Assembly: GCA_022562395.1 (NCBI GenBank) | Contig: JADFPI010000003.1 | Location: forward strand, 1-53,336 | Direction of reading: 5' to 3' | DNA: 53,336 nucleotides | Source of the DNA: Patescibacteria group bacterium | GTDB taxonomy: Bacteria; Patescibacteriota; Microgenomatia; UBA8517 | In this document: positions 43,123-52,515 of the stretch, in pieces | Position numbering within the stretch: the stretch's first letter is position 1 | Layout: each line of letters starts with the position of its first letter | Notes under the pieces: model-generated | The model's database searches: none | Seen by the model: only the letters and a program-made list of their open reading frames with translations | Told to the model about the DNA's origin: nothing | Made by a program: the position numbers and the translations under genes

Positions 43123-44049
43123 CTAAATTTTATCAAGAATTTTTTCTAGTGTTTTAATTTGAGTCAGTGTTGCTCTCCCACTTGATTTTGGCTCTTTTTT
43201 TAGATTAATACTTCCTAAAAACTCGGTAAGCACAGATTGTAAAGTCTTGTCTTTATCTCCAATCTCCATGCTGTCTTTGAGATTCAATTTTGAATCTTTT
43301 TCGTATTTAAATGTACTAATTTTGTCCTTGAATTCATCCTTTTTTGTCCACAAAAACACGCCTTTGGAGCCGTAAATTATCATTTCTCGTCGGGCATTGG
43401 GGGCAGTCCAGCTAAGGTGCGAGTAAGTTTTTGTTGCTCCATAATCGAGCTTTACACAAGCGTTATCCCAGTGCTTGTTTTTCAGAGCTTGGTAATCAAC
43501 CTTTATTTTTTTGGGATGCTTTTTAAAAAGTGAGTAGAACAACGACAGGTCGTGAGGAAGAAGGTCAGAAACAACATTATCCTTCGGCCTTGATATATTT
43601 GGGGAGAATCTGAAAGAGTCAATTCTTGTAAGTTTGCCTATTTCTCCCTTTTTAATTTTTTCTTTGATTGACAAGAAGCTTTTATCAAACAGAAAAGTAC
43701 TATCGACCATCAAGGTAAGTGAAGATTTTTCTGAAAGATCAACCAGCTCTTTTGCCTGTCTAAATTTAAGACTCAAAGGTTTTTCTACTAACACCTGCTT
43801 CTTTTTGAGTAAACAGAGCTTTACTATCTCGTAATGAGTGTGCTCGGGGGTGGCTATAATTACCGACTCTACTCGTGGGAGTGCAGAATTGGCGTCTTTG
43901 AAAAAATCTAGCTTATACTTTCTGGCTTCTTTCTTTTTAGTAGTATCGATATCGACGACACAAAGGTAAGAATATGAATTTTTTAGTCCGAGAAGAGACT
44001 TAACAAGTATTTCTCCCCAGTAGCCGAAACCAATTACAGCAATCTTCAT
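43123..44049 (-). CDS. Gfo/Idh/MocA oxidoreductase
   Basis: IGFGYWG, IATP..TH, VEKP, DLLPHD. Confidence 0.9.
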   Translation of the reverse strand: MKIAVIGFGYWGEILVKSLLGLKNSYSYLCVVDIDTTKKKEARKYKLDFFKDANSALPRVESVIIATPEHTHYEIVKLCLLKKKQVLVEKPLSLKFRQAKELVDLSEKSSLTLMVDSTFLFDKSFLSIKEKIKKGEIGKLTRIDSFRFSPNISRPKDNVVSDLLPHDLSLFYSLFKKHPKKIKVDYQALKNKHWDNACVKLDYGATKTYSHLSWTAPNARREMIIYGSKGVFLWTKKDEFKDKISTFKYEKDSKLNLKDSMEIGDKDKTLQSVLTEFLGSINLKKEPKSSGRATLTQIKTLEKILDKI

Positions 44050-44150
44050 ATTAGCATCTTAAGTTATCACCATTAATGGTAAACTACAAATTGTCAGTGG
44101 CAAGGAGATGATGAGCGCCCCTGGAACCACTTCGTTACATTTGAAATAAT

Positions 44151-44996
44151 TTAGCCGAGGAATTTTATCAGAGTTGCTGTGCCAGGTTTTTGAGCTATAT
44201 TTAGTTTTTTTGTAGCCTCTTTAAATATTTCTAATTTCTTTATAGCAGTAATTTCTTTTTTCTCTACCTTCTTGTATTTTTTGAGATTACGAAATAACTC
44301 GTTACTTTTTTTGTAAGTTTTTTTCCTTAATAAAAAGTGCTTTAATGTGTTTGGTTCCTTGTGGCAAACTATTATTTTAGGATTGTAGACTGCTTTTAAT
44401 CCTTTGGCTTGGATTTGAAGTCCTAAATCCGAATCCTCGCTGCCATAGACGAGTTTAGTGTCGAAGTGAATATCGTTGTCGTACAGCAATTTTGTGTTGT
44501 AAACGATGTTTCTGCTGTCCAAGATTTCATAACTTAATAGATTCCCTTTCGAGTCTAAATTTTCTTCCCGCCAAAGGTCGTTTCCGTATTGAAACGCACA
44601 AGCGTATATATTTTTATCATAATAGTTTTCCGATTTTCCTAAGATGGCGGTAATTTTGTTCTTGCTCTTGAACTTGTTAACAGCTTTATTTACTTGTTCA
44701 AACCAGTTTTTCTCGGCAACGCAGTCGTCGTCGATATAAACCACCCACTTAGTTTTGGACTCAGTAAGTCCTCTGTTATAGGCGTGTGAATATCCAATTT
44801 TTTCTTCAATAACTTCTTTTATTCTTAGTCCGTCGCTGAAACTTTTAACGACTTTACTGGTATCATCCTCAGAGTTGTTATTCACAATTAAAACTTTATC
44901 AGGAAGCTGGGTTTGATTTACCAGAGATTGAAGGCATTCGTTTAAATCTTTGGCGCGATTTCTTGTTACAATAACACCAGTAATTTTATCTTTCAT
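44151..44996 (-). CDS. GT2 glycosyltransferase
   Basis: VIVTRNR, VNNNSED, YIDDDC, EDSDL. Confidence 0.9.
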   Translation of the reverse strand: MKDKITGVIVTRNRAKDLNECLQSLVNQTQLPDKVLIVNNNSEDDTSKVVKSFSDGLRIKEVIEEKIGYSHAYNRGLTESKTKWVVYIDDDCVAEKNWFEQVNKAVNKFKSKNKITAILGKSENYYDKNIYACAFQYGNDLWREENLDSKGNLLSYEILDSRNIVYNTKLLYDNDIHFDTKLVYGSEDSDLGLQIQAKGLKAVYNPKIIVCHKEPNTLKHFLLRKKTYKKSNELFRNLKKYKKVEKKEITAIKKLEIFKEATKKLNIAQKPGTATLIKFLG

Positions 44997-46049
44997 TCAA
45001 TCCGTACTCTCATCTAGTAGTGTTTTTAATTTTTCAGCTACAATGTTTGCCACGCTAATGTTTCCCTCACGATTTAGATGCCGTGCTCCTACTGGTACTT
45101 TTTCTTCCTTTAAAAATAATTTATCTCCCCAATCGATATTTTGGTTAGCCGACGCACCTAAAACGTTAGTGTTTGTGTTAGTTTTTATCTCTTTATTGAG
45201 ATTTATATATAGAAAATGTTCTGACTTTCTTCCTTCGTACTGGGCTAATAATTGTCTGATTATCTCGTCATCCGTTTTTAAATAAGGTTCCTCAACTTCA
45301 GCGAATTGAGACTGAGAAGGTACCAAGGTAAGCATAAACAAAAACTCGTTTTCTTCTGATAATTTAATAATGTTATCAATTTCTGTAACTATTTTTTGTC
45401 TGGCCAAATTAACGCTTTGGTTATATAGAAGTCGTTGAGAAAATGGCCTGTAGCTAATTAATGCAAGGGTTAGGAGATGACTTTCATAGACTGGCTTCGG
45501 AAGATAGTTTCTCAGAACTCCTTGTAGATAGATATAGTTTATTTTTCCTGAAATACTTTTTAATTTACCGTTTTGTATTTTGTAAACAGGAATTTCTTCC
45601 GCATCAAAAATGTCATTTACATTGATATTCCATACAAGTATATTCGGTCGACCACCGACATCCTTACTTAGCATTTCAAGATGATCAAGAATAACGTTAT
45701 AGCCTTGGTCGGGCCCGTAGCCTGGTACGCCTGCATTCAAGATGCTGTACTCAGGCAAAATGCCCTTAAGGAAATATGGATAGCTTTGATCCGTCTCTGC
45801 ATTGTTCCCATACGTAAAGGAATCACCAACGAATAAAGCAATTGGTTGGTTTTTTGCCCTAGTCGGTAGTATTTCGTAACTTTGCACTGGTCGATAAATA
45901 TTTTTACTATCCAAAACATACACTGACGGGTAATTGGCAACCCAATGCCAAACTAAGGCAGATCTAGAAAAGCCTACAAATTTCAAAAAAGCCTCGAGGA
46001 CAGCCAGGGTTACTAAGATAGTTAATAAAATTAATACAAATTTTTTCAT
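44997..46049 (-). CDS. SGNH/GDSL hydrolase-like protein (polysaccharide acyl modification)
   Basis: GDSFTYG, NAGVPGYG, ND, HLN..G. Confidence 0.8.
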   Translation of the reverse strand: MKKFVLILLTILVTLAVLEAFLKFVGFSRSALVWHWVANYPSVYVLDSKNIYRPVQSYEILPTRAKNQPIALFVGDSFTYGNNAETDQSYPYFLKGILPEYSILNAGVPGYGPDQGYNVILDHLEMLSKDVGGRPNILVWNINVNDIFDAEEIPVYKIQNGKLKSISGKINYIYLQGVLRNYLPKPVYESHLLTLALISYRPFSQRLLYNQSVNLARQKIVTEIDNIIKLSEENEFLFMLTLVPSQSQFAEVEEPYLKTDDEIIRQLLAQYEGRKSEHFLYINLNKEIKTNTNTNVLGASANQNIDWGDKLFLKEEKVPVGARHLNREGNISVANIVAEKLKTLLDESTD

Positions 46050-46133
46050 AATTTTTCGTACCCTTAGTAAAACTTATCTCTAAGGCTTTAATCGGTTCCT
46101 TGTTACAATAACTATGGTAATATCGTTACCCAT

Positions 46134-46997
46134 ATGACTATATCAGTGTTGACTCCAACGCGAAATAGGGCTGACTATCTTAAGCTATGGTTGGATTGTT
46201 TGGCAAATCAAACACGAAAACCGGACGAAGTAATCATTGTCGATAACGGCTCGACAGACAATACACAAGATGTAATAAGAATGTATAAAAAGAAATTGCC
46301 AATTAAATCCAAGTTAAGTAGAGCTAAAGGCTATCCAAAAATTTATAACGAAGCAATTAAAATGGCTACCTCAGACATTATCGCCTTCTTAGACGATGAT
46401 TGCATAGCCGAGCCCGATTGGGTAGAGAATAGTATAAGTGCTCATAAAAAATATAAAAATGCTGCTATTCAAGGAAAGACAGAGAGTATCCCAAAGGGCA
46501 ATATTTATGTTGAAGTAATGGGCGACCATTATCAAAATTGGATAAAGGGTAATATTATCAAAGGCAACGAAATGGTCACTTTTGATAATAAGAATATGTC
46601 AATACCCGCAAAGATTTTGAAGAATAATCTTTTTTTAGAATCGATGAGATTGGGAGCAGAAGACATCGAACTTGGAAAAAGACTAAGAAGGAAAGGAGTA
46701 AAAATTTACTATGTACCAAGCATTAAAGCATCCCATCATGAGCGCTCAACTTTAAAAGGCTTCTTTTATCAACACTTACGGATTGCTAAAGGAGAGGCTG
46801 TTCTTGACAAAAAGCTTTCTGAAGATGAAAAAGTAGGAATGCTTGTTAATAAAAAGAATATGTTAAGCTTAGTTTCATTTTTAAAAAGAGAGCTTTCTTA
46901 TTTATCAAAGTTTGATTTCATTAGCTTTTTTTATTTACCGTTTCTTTACTTGCTGCTTCTATTTACAAGAATTTATGGGTATATGCTTAAATCATAG
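46134..46997 (+). CDS. GT2 glycosyltransferase
   Basis: PTRNR, VDNGSTD, FLDDDC, EDIEL. Confidence 0.92.
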   Translation: MTISVLTPTRNRADYLKLWLDCLANQTRKPDEVIIVDNGSTDNTQDVIRMYKKKLPIKSKLSRAKGYPKIYNEAIKMATSDIIAFLDDDCIAEPDWVENSISAHKKYKNAAIQGKTESIPKGNIYVEVMGDHYQNWIKGNIIKGNEMVTFDNKNMSIPAKILKNNLFLESMRLGAEDIELGKRLRRKGVKIYYVPSIKASHHERSTLKGFFYQHLRIAKGEAVLDKKLSEDEKVGMLVNKKNMLSLVSFLKRELSYLSKFDFISFFYLPFLYLLLLFTRIYGYMLKS

Positions 46998-47010
46998 GCT
47001 TTATATTTAA

Positions 47011-47481
47011 ATGCCCCAAAAGAGTCCAAAGCGAAAAATCGGTATTATTACCTCCAAAGGCGGCCACCTTTTCCAGATGTATCGGTTGAAAAAATGGTGG
47101 TCAAAGTACGATAGATTTTGGGTTACTTTTCCGGGGGCGGACACTAATAGTTTTTTGAGGGGCGAGCATGTTTATTTTACGTTCTATCCAGAATCAAGAA
47201 ACGCAATCAATGCAATAAGAAACACTTTCCTGGCGATCTCAATTTTAAAAAAGGAAAAGCCGGATATTTTAATCAGTTTCGGGGCAGGTATAGCGCCCCC
47301 GTTTTTTTATATAGGCAAATTAATGGGCATTAAACTGATATTTATTGAGCCTTACGATTTTGTAAAATCTCCTTGTTTATCTGGAAGAATGGTTTCACCT
47401 ATCGTTGATAAAATGCTTGTTCAACACAAAATGCAGTTATCATTTTATAAAGGGTCTGAATATTGGGGGTCGACATTGTGA
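47011..47481 (+). CDS. Alg14/PssD-like glycosyltransferase subunit
   Basis: SKGGHL, PDILISFGAGIA, IFIE, VQH. Confidence 0.88.
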   Translation: MPQKSPKRKIGIITSKGGHLFQMYRLKKWWSKYDRFWVTFPGADTNSFLRGEHVYFTFYPESRNAINAIRNTFLAISILKKEKPDILISFGAGIAPPFFYIGKLMGIKLIFIEPYDFVKSPCLSGRMVSPIVDKMLVQHKMQLSFYKGSEYWGSTL

Positions 47482-47975
47482 TTTTTGTAACTACAGGTAC
47501 AACAGAATTTCCTTTTTCTAGAATGGATAAGATTGCACATTTACTAAGTTACAAGTTTCCAAAGGAAAAAATTATCTACCAGTCTAAGTCGAGTAGCCTA
47601 AAATCGAATAAAAATCTAAAAATTATTAAGGAGTTAGAGTTCTCAGGTTTTCTGAGTCTAATAAAAAATTCGAGGGTGATTATTGCTCACGGCGGACCAG
47701 CGACTATTTACCTTGCTTTAAGTTATGCAAAAACAAAGCCTTTTGTCGTGGCAAGAGATAAAAAGTATAAAGAACACGTTATTGACCAGCAGTTGCATTT
47801 TGCACAATTTATGGCGAAAAAGGGATTAGTGAAAGTGCTACGAGATACAATTAACTTAGAGAAAGAAATACTAGTTTATTGTCTAAAGCCAGATAATAAT
47901 GTATATAAGAGTGATTCAAAAAACTTGAAGAAGTTAATAGAAGGATTAGAAAGACTAATCGATAGCATGATTTGA
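47478..47975 (+). CDS. Alg13/PssE-like glycosyltransferase subunit
   Basis: IFVTTGT..F.R, IAHGGPAT, EHVIDQQ; GTG start overlaps the upstream TGA. Confidence 0.85.
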   Translation: MIFVTTGTTEFPFSRMDKIAHLLSYKFPKEKIIYQSKSSSLKSNKNLKIIKELEFSGFLSLIKNSRVIIAHGGPATIYLALSYAKTKPFVVARDKKYKEHVIDQQLHFAQFMAKKGLVKVLRDTINLEKEILVYCLKPDNNVYKSDSKNLKKLIEGLERLIDSMI

Positions 47976-49565
47976 GCCGGGCCTGAAGATTTGGTAATAA
48001 TATTCTTCTTTTAATCTTTCTTCGCGGATAGGGTTTTTAAGGTATCCAGCTTTGCAGGCACTATTTTTAAAGTCGCCTTTTCCGAACCAAATAAAATAGT
48101 CGAAATCACTTAAGAGGTTTGTTTCTTTCTGACAAACTTTATCAATTGAAAATAGAACGAAGTGCAAGTCTTTATTTTCCTTAAAGGCATTATGTGCAAG
48201 AAGACTAGGAACGTTTAGAGAGTTAAAAAAAGGAATATCTTCTTCAAAATGAGCTCCTACACTTAGTAAGTCAGGACTATGGCTTTGTTTAATTGCCGAG
48301 AGCCCCGAAAACCCCCAGTCATAACTGACTGGAAATGAAGTTGAATTAGTGTACACGTGAGATTTGTTTTTAATAAGTGCAGCATTCAGAAGACCTTGGT
48401 TTACTAGACCAAAATTAATTGAGAAAAAGTTAAAAATACCGATAAAAAATACAACTAAGTAAGCATTAAAAAAACTCTTGTTTATATTAAATAAAGCGAT
48501 ACCAAAAAGCATAAAAATTGGAATTGTTGGGATTAAATACCGAGGATCTTTATTTGTAATAAGAAATGAGAATACTATAAGCGGAATAGCTATTGCAGGA
48601 ATAAAAAGATAAAGAGCGGTTTTGCGATAATACGCATTCTCTTTTGTACCTTTTAGAGAGAAAAACGAAAAAAGTTTCTGGTCTCGGATTGCTTTCTTGA
48701 TTATTGGAACTAATAAAGAAAACATGCCTATAAGGAAGTAAGCAAGAAAAGCCGCTGATAGATACTCATTTATGTAATAGTTTAGGTACCAAAAAAGTGA
48801 AGATATTCCCTGTGGATCTTTCTCAAGAAAACCTTGTTCGAAAGCTTGAAAGCTTAATTCGCTAAGAAGCTTATTGCTGTGTAGTAAATACCAAGGTGAA
48901 GATAGTAGAACGGTAGTAGATAAAAGCGCAGTTATAAAAATTAATGAACCCTTTTTTGTTGCTTTTAAGATTATAAAGATCAGTGGAACAAACAAAAAAA
49001 TACTGTTTGTCCATTTAATCAATAGAGCAATTGCTGAGGTTATTCCTATTAGCGACCCCTTACGTAGTGAATATTTATTACTTTTTACAGTCTCCAAAAT
49101 TACGTATAAGAGGACTGATACCATAGCCGCGGAAGGTAGCTCTAGCATCAGGACCTTTGTCGACCCTATTATTACTGGAAAAAGAAGATAGGATATGGCT
49201 AGTACTGCGGCGTAAGCTCTTTTTGTAAAGAGGAAGCTGGCTTTATATATAAAAGTAATTGTTATGAGCAAAAACAAAAAATTAAAGAAGACTTTTAATA
49301 CTTCGTCTATGCCCAGAAAAAGATACAAGAGACTCATCAGCTGATAGACCAATGGCGGGTAGTAGCTGTAATAACCGTATAAGAAATAAGCAAAGTTGCC
49401 ACTAAGTAAAAACTTAAAATATGTTAGAGAGGATGAAAGGTGAACAGCTTCGTCCCAATCTGGTGGAGTCTTGTCGGCTACAACCCACCATGCGTTGAAT
49501 ATCGAATATAATGCAACTGAGATAACAATTAAGAAAACGAATTTTTTTTTAATTTTGGTAGTCAT
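47955..49565 (-). CDS. GT-C fold membrane glycosyltransferase (ArnT/PMT-like)
   Basis: WDEAVH, YYPPL, LLIKW, PWY, KDPRYLIP; many TMs. Confidence 0.85.
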   Translation of the reverse strand: MTTKIKKKFVFLIVISVALYSIFNAWWVVADKTPPDWDEAVHLSSSLTYFKFLLSGNFAYFLYGYYSYYPPLVYQLMSLLYLFLGIDEVLKVFFNFLFLLITITFIYKASFLFTKRAYAAVLAISYLLFPVIIGSTKVLMLELPSAAMVSVLLYVILETVKSNKYSLRKGSLIGITSAIALLIKWTNSIFLFVPLIFIILKATKKGSLIFITALLSTTVLLSSPWYLLHSNKLLSELSFQAFEQGFLEKDPQGISSLFWYLNYYINEYLSAAFLAYFLIGMFSLLVPIIKKAIRDQKLFSFFSLKGTKENAYYRKTALYLFIPAIAIPLIVFSFLITNKDPRYLIPTIPIFMLFGIALFNINKSFFNAYLVVFFIGIFNFFSINFGLVNQGLLNAALIKNKSHVYTNSTSFPVSYDWGFSGLSAIKQSHSPDLLSVGAHFEEDIPFFNSLNVPSLLAHNAFKENKDLHFVLFSIDKVCQKETNLLSDFDYFIWFGKGDFKNSACKAGYLKNPIREERLKEEYYYQIFRPGSNHAID

Positions 49566-50488
49566 CTAGGCGGCAAGGTGTAATCTCTATTCAGAGAGAA
49601 TTGTATCTGCCCATATATTTTGCCAACTTTATAAAATATTGGGAATACTAATACTAGTATAAGAAAAGAAACCTTCTCAATGAGTGTATCAAGCAACCTT
49701 AAATGTCTTGGACTTAAGACTATCATTTTTCTCCACCTTTTCTTTATAAATTTTTTTTCTAAATCCACCCCCTTGTTTCTTAGCAAAAAGCTAGAGACTC
49801 CGTTGTAAAAGTTTCTATTCGCCAATCTTACTAGCGCTTGAGAATTTTTATGATAGACACGTACTTTAGGATTGAATAGCGCCCTTTTGCAATATTTACT
49901 AAGTCGGGTGCCATACTCTATATCTTCATCACCAACGTCTCCAAAAGGGACATTGTAAGAAAAAAGGGAGGGCATTTTTGCAAATACTCGAGCGCGCACA
50001 GCGCAATTTTTGAAATCAAAGAATCTCGCATTTTTCATTAAAGATTTTTTAGTTAAAGAGTCAACGTGCAATAATACCCATCTTTCATAATAAAATTGCT
50101 CTACAAGAGGAACTAGTTTTGTAAAGTAACTTCTGGTTAAGCCGACTATAGCGTCCAACTCTTTGTCGTCAACGAAGTTTGTTTGGATTGTTTTTAGCCA
50201 ATTTTTTTTGGCGATACAGTCGTCGTCTATAAAGGCAAAGGTATCTCCGCTGGCTTTTCTTATAGATTTATTTCTGGCATAAGGTATTCCTATTCTTTTT
50301 TCCAGAAAATACTTAATCGGCAATGTTTTTTTGTGTTTTTTACAAACACTGCGTGTTGAGTCTGATGAATCGTTGTCGACCACTACTACTTCGAATGGGG
50401 GAGCCGATTGATTAGAAATAGATTTAAGGCATTCGTCGAGGTCTTTGTCTTTGTTTCTGGTTATAATTAAGACTGATATTTTGAGCAC
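49562..50488 (-). CDS. GT2 glycosyltransferase
   Basis: IITRNK, VDNDSSD, ARN, FIDDDC, EDIE. Confidence 0.92.
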   Translation of the reverse strand: MLKISVLIITRNKDKDLDECLKSISNQSAPPFEVVVVDNDSSDSTRSVCKKHKKTLPIKYFLEKRIGIPYARNKSIRKASGDTFAFIDDDCIAKKNWLKTIQTNFVDDKELDAIVGLTRSYFTKLVPLVEQFYYERWVLLHVDSLTKKSLMKNARFFDFKNCAVRARVFAKMPSLFSYNVPFGDVGDEDIEYGTRLSKYCKRALFNPKVRVYHKNSQALVRLANRNFYNGVSSFLLRNKGVDLEKKFIKKRWRKMIVLSPRHLRLLDTLIEKVSFLILVLVFPIFYKVGKIYGQIQFSLNRDYTLPPR

Positions 50489-50493
50489 AGCTT

Positions 50494-51681
50494 ATGAAGG
50501 TTCTTTATCTTACTGAGATATTACCATACCCACTTGACTCTGGAGGCAAAATTAAGACCTACGCAACCCTTAAGATGCTCTCTAAAAAACACAACATAAC
50601 TTTGGTTACATTTGTTGGGGAGAAACGTCCAAAGAAAAGTTTTCTTTATGAAATCAAAAAGTTGGGGATAAAAGCACACTGTGTTTATTCGCCCAAAAGG
50701 AAAGTTGGTTACAAAAGCACTAGGAAAGAGATGATTAAAACTGCGCTTTCTTTTAGTCCGTTTTTAATCGACAACATGCGGTCTAGGTCATTTAAGGATA
50801 GAGTTCGTAAAATTTTATTTTCCGAGACATTCGACGTTATACACATCGACCACCTTGCTATATCACAGTATTTGCCAGAAGAAAAAACCTGTTTTTGGTA
50901 TTATGAGGAACACAATATAGAACACCTCATCTATTGGAATTTGGCCAAGAGTGCAGCTAGTTTTAAATCGAAGTTATTTTATTTTTATGAATTTTTGAGT
51001 CTCTATTTATACGAGAGGAAGCAAATTAAAAAATTTGACAAAATTTTTGCTATATCTTACGACGATAAAAAAGTAATAAAGGCGAAATTTAAACCAAAGG
51101 CTAAAATGGACGTTCTAGAAGTGACTATCCAAGCGCCAAGGATTACTAAGGATTCTGACTTACCGGCCAGTTCTATTATTTTTATAGGAAGTTTACTATG
51201 GCCCCCAAACCTCAGTGCAGTTACCTGGTTTTGTCAGGATATCTTACCCCGCATCCATAAAACTTATCCACGTCTAAATTTAATAATAGTTGGTCATAAA
51301 AATGAAGAGATCGAAAACAAATTATCTCAATTTCCCAAATGTAAATTGATCGGCTATGTTGACAAGATTGATCAATATTTAGATAGAAGAAGACATATAT
51401 TTATTTTGCCTTTTATATTTGGCGAAGGAGTACGGGTGAAAGCTTTGATGGCCATGGCGCACGGTGTACCCTTGGTTTCCACAGCGGCAGGAGTGAGAGG
51501 GATTGAGGCTAAAGGCGGACGGGATTACTTAGAGGCAACAGGAAGCAGAAGCTTCTCATGTCAAACAATAAAACTTATTAAAGATGCCAACTTAAGGAAG
51601 GAACTCGGCGCTAATGGCAGGAAGCTAGTAAGAAAAAATTATGCTGAGACTATTGCTTCTTCAGCCCTCGATAGATATTAA
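50494..51681 (+). CDS. GT4 glycosyltransferase
   Basis: PYPLDSGG, HNIE, FIGSL.W.PN, GVRVKAL.AMA.G.P.VST. Confidence 0.9.
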   Translation: MKVLYLTEILPYPLDSGGKIKTYATLKMLSKKHNITLVTFVGEKRPKKSFLYEIKKLGIKAHCVYSPKRKVGYKSTRKEMIKTALSFSPFLIDNMRSRSFKDRVRKILFSETFDVIHIDHLAISQYLPEEKTCFWYYEEHNIEHLIYWNLAKSAASFKSKLFYFYEFLSLYLYERKQIKKFDKIFAISYDDKKVIKAKFKPKAKMDVLEVTIQAPRITKDSDLPASSIIFIGSLLWPPNLSAVTWFCQDILPRIHKTYPRLNLIIVGHKNEEIENKLSQFPKCKLIGYVDKIDQYLDRRRHIFILPFIFGEGVRVKALMAMAHGVPLVSTAAGVRGIEAKGGRDYLEATGSRSFSCQTIKLIKDANLRKELGANGRKLVRKNYAETIASSALDRY

Positions 51682-51699
51682 GTAGTAATCGGCAATCGG

Positions 51700-52515
51700 C
51701 TACTTAATTATTTTAGATACGATCGCTTTCTTAGCTATTGTTTGGGGAAATTGGAACCAAATTTCCCCTCCAACCTTTACAGCCGCCCCGTCGATATAGT
51801 AATATGACCCGTTTTGGGGTATGGTTTTTATTTTCAATCTCAAAGTTACATCGCGTCGAGTAGGGTCTACTCCTTTAACCACAAATCTTCTCTTGGCTTC
51901 ATCAAAGAACTCATAAGATTGGGCAATTTTAACCTCGGCACTTTCAATTTCCGCCATCACTCTACCTTGAGAATCTTTTACCTGCAAGCCCTTTTTATAT
52001 GAGTCTGCCTCAAAAGGGTAGACTGCGAACAATTGTACTTCGATTTCTTTGTCGGTATAAGTTAACTCATCGCTTCCAATGTGCGTAACAAGTCCCCGGA
52101 CGTTACTTTCCCCAAAAGTTAAGTCCAATGGTTTGCCTATTTGCAGCGGTTGGAAGTTGTAAAGGTATATTTGCCGTCTTTTGTCAAAAGATGCCATAAG
52201 GGTAACATCGATAAAGCTTAATCTTCTACTGGCACCTATATCATAGATGTGAAGATCTGTAATCTCTGCAATTTTTTGGCCAAAAGTATTGTATGATTTT
52301 TGTCCTATACTCAAATTTTGTACCAGCCAGAAGTCAGGCGGATTTCCCTGCCACCACCATTCGTCATTGGAAAGTTTTATCCTGACTGTCACGAATTCTG
52401 TTTTTCTAGATAGTCTGAAGAATAGAAGAGCTCCCAATATTAATAAAAGCCCGAAAATTACCAAAATGTCAAACGCATTTAGGCGACTTCTTATTTTTCG
52501 TATAATATGGTTCAT
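51700..52515 (-). CDS. DUF4330-like membrane-anchored protein
   Basis: LNAFDILVI N-terminus, TM, duplicated beta domain (..G..LKVG..). Confidence 0.55.
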   Translation of the reverse strand: MNHIIRKIRSRLNAFDILVIFGLLLILGALLFFRLSRKTEFVTVRIKLSNDEWWWQGNPPDFWLVQNLSIGQKSYNTFGQKIAEITDLHIYDIGASRRLSFIDVTLMASFDKRRQIYLYNFQPLQIGKPLDLTFGESNVRGLVTHIGSDELTYTDKEIEVQLFAVYPFEADSYKKGLQVKDSQGRVMAEIESAEVKIAQSYEFFDEAKRRFVVKGVDPTRRDVTLRLKIKTIPQNGSYYYIDGAAVKVGGEIWFQFPQTIAKKAIVSKIIK